The notes beneath the pieces were generated by a model that did not search any database, was not told where the DNA came from, and saw only the letters and a program-made list of their open reading frames with translations. DNA of 64,000 nucleotides, taken from positions 2,668,054-2,732,053 of the forward strand of contig CAJINV010000005.1 in NCBI GenBank assembly GCA_905178155.1. Direction: 5' to 3'. The DNA is from Amoebophrya sp. A120 (Eukaryota; Protista; Dinoflagellata). A program made the translations under genes and the position numbers. This document shows positions 61,001 to 64,000 of this stretch, piece after piece. Within the stretch, counting starts at the first letter, position 1. Each line of letters starts with the position of its first letter.

Positions 61001-64000
61001 ACCATTTGTTCCTGCAGCTGCACCAATCGCAGTCGCTGGTGGGTTCTGCATTGCAGCTCCCGGATTTTGGGAATTCCAACGCGGGGTCAATGTTTTACAA
61101 CGGAATAAATACGCCGCAGAATCAACAGCAGTACGTGCGGGACGCGTATGGAAATCTCGTTCTCGTGAACGTCGCTGCAGACCTGCACCAAGATCATGTG
61201 AATAACGGTCTGGGAACTACTACTTCCAAGAAAAACGCCGCGCTCTCCTACTCCGGGCTGGAAATTGAGCACGTGACCGCGATTGACGAGCTTCTGAAGC
61301 AAGACTACGCACTCCAATGGCCGCCGGAAGATTTTCTGGGCAATAGTTCCGCCGGGGAACAAGGCAACGCGGAAGACCACGAAAACCCGAACAACACGAA
61401 CAACAACGAGAACCCGTTTGTTCCCCGCACCGGCACGTTTGGGGACCGGTTGCGGAAGAATTACCAGCAGTTGCTGGAGTTGAGCAGGAACAGCAACAAC
61501 GCGAATTCGAACAACATTATGGACAACAACATTTTGAACCAGAAACCCTCGAATTTGACCTTGATTCTCTTCTACATCTGCAGCATCAACCGGCTGTCCA
61601 GTGTGAGCAAAAAGGCGATGTTTGTTTTGTTGCAGATGATGAACCGGAATTCCTCCGTCGTGGCGGAAACTCTGGAACTCTGCCCCATGCTGAAGGAACT
61701 ACTCAGTTACGGCTTGGCGCACAATCTCTTCGAGCTCAACGCCGCGGAGGAGATCGAAAACGTGTCCGGACAGCAGGAGTTCAGCAGGTATTTGGTGGAA
61801 AAGCTGTCGACAAACAACTTAGCGTTGGATTTCCTGGAGGAGTGCAAACAGCACTCCGACGCGGGCTTCGCGATGCAGGAGGCGTATTCAGTTTCCACCG
61901 GTTTTTCCATTCTCGCATCTCTCGAGCAGCAGCTGAACCTGCACGACGACAAAGCGGTGGAGTCCGTGGATATGCTGCTCGCACGGCTCTTAGCGGTGAA
62001 CTCCTTGAAGAGTGTATCGGCGGTGGGCGGGGGAGGAGGTGGTGTACAACTGGGTGGATCAAGATCTACTTCCAACACGACGAGTTCTATGGGCAATAAA
62101 CCACTTTTCTTCGCCCGGGAACGGTCGATCCGGACGGGTTACCTACAGGATTCCACCCTCACCGCGGAGAACTTCGGGTTTGAAACCGCGGGCGACGAGG
62201 AGATTTTCCAGCTGCTCCAGGACCAATACAAGGAAGAAGTCGTCCCCTTCGACCAGGCCGCGCTCGCCGCGGGCAGGACGCCGGGGGTGCTACCCGGCTC
62301 CGTTGCGGACGTGAACTTCGCGATGGGAGGAGGTGGAAGTGGAACTACATCAAACTACAAAAACAGCACGCAAAACTCCTCGTCGTCCGCGGGCAATATG
62401 CTGAACTACAACACGTCGCAGAACCATTTGGGGTCCTCCTTTCTGCAAAACACAATGGCAGACGTCTCCGGGCCCTACCGGTCCGTGCGCCAGATGCAAA
62501 CCCCCCAGCACGTCGGGCCGAACGGCGAACTTTTAAATCTCGCCGGCGCTCAATCCAACCCGTATCCTGTGCAAAAGTATCGTACTCGTACAAATGCAAG
62601 TCTTGCATTACAAATCTTGTTTCCAAGGCAAATCTGCATTACAAATTTTATTTCTCATGCTGGGGAAATTTGTAATGCATTTATACGATTACGATACTTT
62701 TGCACTGCATAACCCGGGCAGTCAGCCCAACATCGGGTACAAGCCCTACTTGCCGGCGAACTCCACCGCCATGCCGGAGTTGACGAAAATACAGAGAATC
62801 ATCCTCCACCGATTCCAGCAGGACCAGCCGACCAAGCTCTTCCCCCATGCGTACCGCGTGCCCGCGTTGAACAGAACACCTCTGCGGGAGCTGGTTCTCC
62901 TCGTTTTGAAAGAAGCGCTCGCAGTGTTACCGAAAGACCAGGACCACGCGGAAGCCCCGGCCAGCGACAAGCAGAACGAGAAGATCCGCTTGGCGATCGC
63001 GGTGTTAGGTTTGGCGAAAAACTACCAGGAGGAGCACATCGATTTGGACCCAGCGAGACAGGGCGGGACCTACTTGACGAACAGTTGCTTCCAGGGCTTG
63101 TACTTCCTGGCGGAGAACTACCCGGACAACCTGGACTCAGTTTCTGATTTGTACCAACGGTTGGATGAGGTCGCGCTCGCGCCGGTCGTGATATCATCAA
63201 CCTCTTCAGGCGATGTAATTGGTGGAGGACGTAGCAGGACCACTGCGGGACAGCAACATCATCATGGCGCGATCCCACATTCCCGGTCGAAGTCTACCGC
63301 CGGTTCGCAGCACGAACCTCATAGTTCCGCCCGGTCAAGCGGGCGGAGGCACTCCGGAGACAGAACCGCACTGCAATCCGGAGGAGCCCAGCGCTCCGTT
63401 TCCGCCACTTCCGGGGCGGGTGGCGCTAACAAAAGCCGATCGCCCCGACTGTCCTCCGCGTCGCGCTCCGGGTCACCCAGACAGCCGCATCTTTCGCCGC
63501 GGTTGCAGGCTGCGGGCAGAGCAGGAGGACATTCTAGGAGTAAAACGACCAGACAGGAGAAGCGCACGAAGATCCACCCGTCCTGCCTCCCGTCGCGGGC
63601 GCAGCTGAGACAGTACAGCGACTTATCGATCGAAAGGAACCACAAAGAGTATTTACTCGTTCTGGAATTGATTCTCCAGTGCGTCCGGATTGCGGAGTTC
63701 CGCGAGGTGGGGTTGAGACTGCTCTCGACCAGCTTCAAATCTAGATACCGTGTGTTAGACTCCATCGCGGACAGCCGGACGGAGTCCTTCCGCTACCGCC
63801 CCGCCTTTCTGCACCGAATCCTTCTCTCCCAGGCAGTGACGCTGTTCAAACTGCAAACCTTGGAATTGTCTCTCGTCCACAAGCTCGCCGCGGAGTTCCG
63901 GACTAAAATGCTGCTCGGGATGAGAACGACGAACAGCGGAATCAATAGTAGGAAGAAGCTGTTGCACAAACAGTTCGGAATGGTGCAGGAGCACGAAGAC
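55056..64000 (+). CDS. Very large alpha-helical protein, probably Nup205/Nup188-family nucleoporin; multi-exon, runs off the window end
   Basis: Exons link through GTAY..AG introns and two introners, and the frame stays open from 62717 onward. N-terminal ELSQKLRLHQHECCFLV..LFYNEQQHAACVLLDL resembles the Nup205/192 N-terminal pattern (family call tentative). Confidence 0.55.
58900..59178. mobile_element. Introner family F (279 bp), exonic
   Basis: TATCCTGAGTAAAAACGTACCCACACCAGAGT and ACTCTGGCGTGGGTACGTTTTTACTCAGGATA. Direct repeat TCCCT. Removal gives TSEESLDSM. Confidence 0.93.
62563..62711. mobile_element. Introner family C (149 bp), exonic, inverted relative to the 34445 and 36587 copies
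   Basis: TATCCTGTGCAAAAGTATC..GATACTTTTGCACTGCATA. Direct repeat ACCCG. Removal gives QSNPGSQPNIG. Confidence 0.93.

Overview
Eukaryotic genomic DNA. All recognisable genes lie on the + strand, with long low-complexity insertions in the proteins and a mix of GTAY..AG introns and non-canonical introns. This pattern fits a syndinian dinoflagellate such as Amoebophrya (inference). Host genes: a protein kinase-like gene, COX19, a UCP-like mitochondrial carrier, an AI-2E family transporter, a ceramide synthase, delta-COP, UNC-50, a 3-hydroxyisobutyrate-dehydrogenase-like enzyme, a probable Nup205/Nup188-family nucleoporin (cut by the window end) and several hypotheticals. Three layers of mobile DNA stand out. 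(1) Ten 109-311 bp introner-type elements from at least 6 sequence families share one grammar: TAT...ATA ends, terminal inverted repeats (TIRs), a 5-bp target duplication and an internal TTGT(C/A)ATGC motif. Nine interrupt coding sequence, restore the frame when removed, occur in either orientation and never give a GT-AG pair. Two further introns look like eroded versions. (2) An ~11 kb LINE (APE-RT-RNase H) can be rebuilt into one ~2,396-aa ORF by removing a 918-bp TIR element and four similar 4-bp insertions. It has an extra upstream ORF, predicted transmembrane segments, and repeated RNA stem motifs with compensatory changes in both UTRs. (3) There is also a SINE-like retroposon sharing a 5' motif with the LINE, a second TIR element with a 6-bp duplication, and a nested insertion stack in a delta-COP intron. 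All splice models and RNA folds were worked out by eye and need RNA-seq and computational confirmation.
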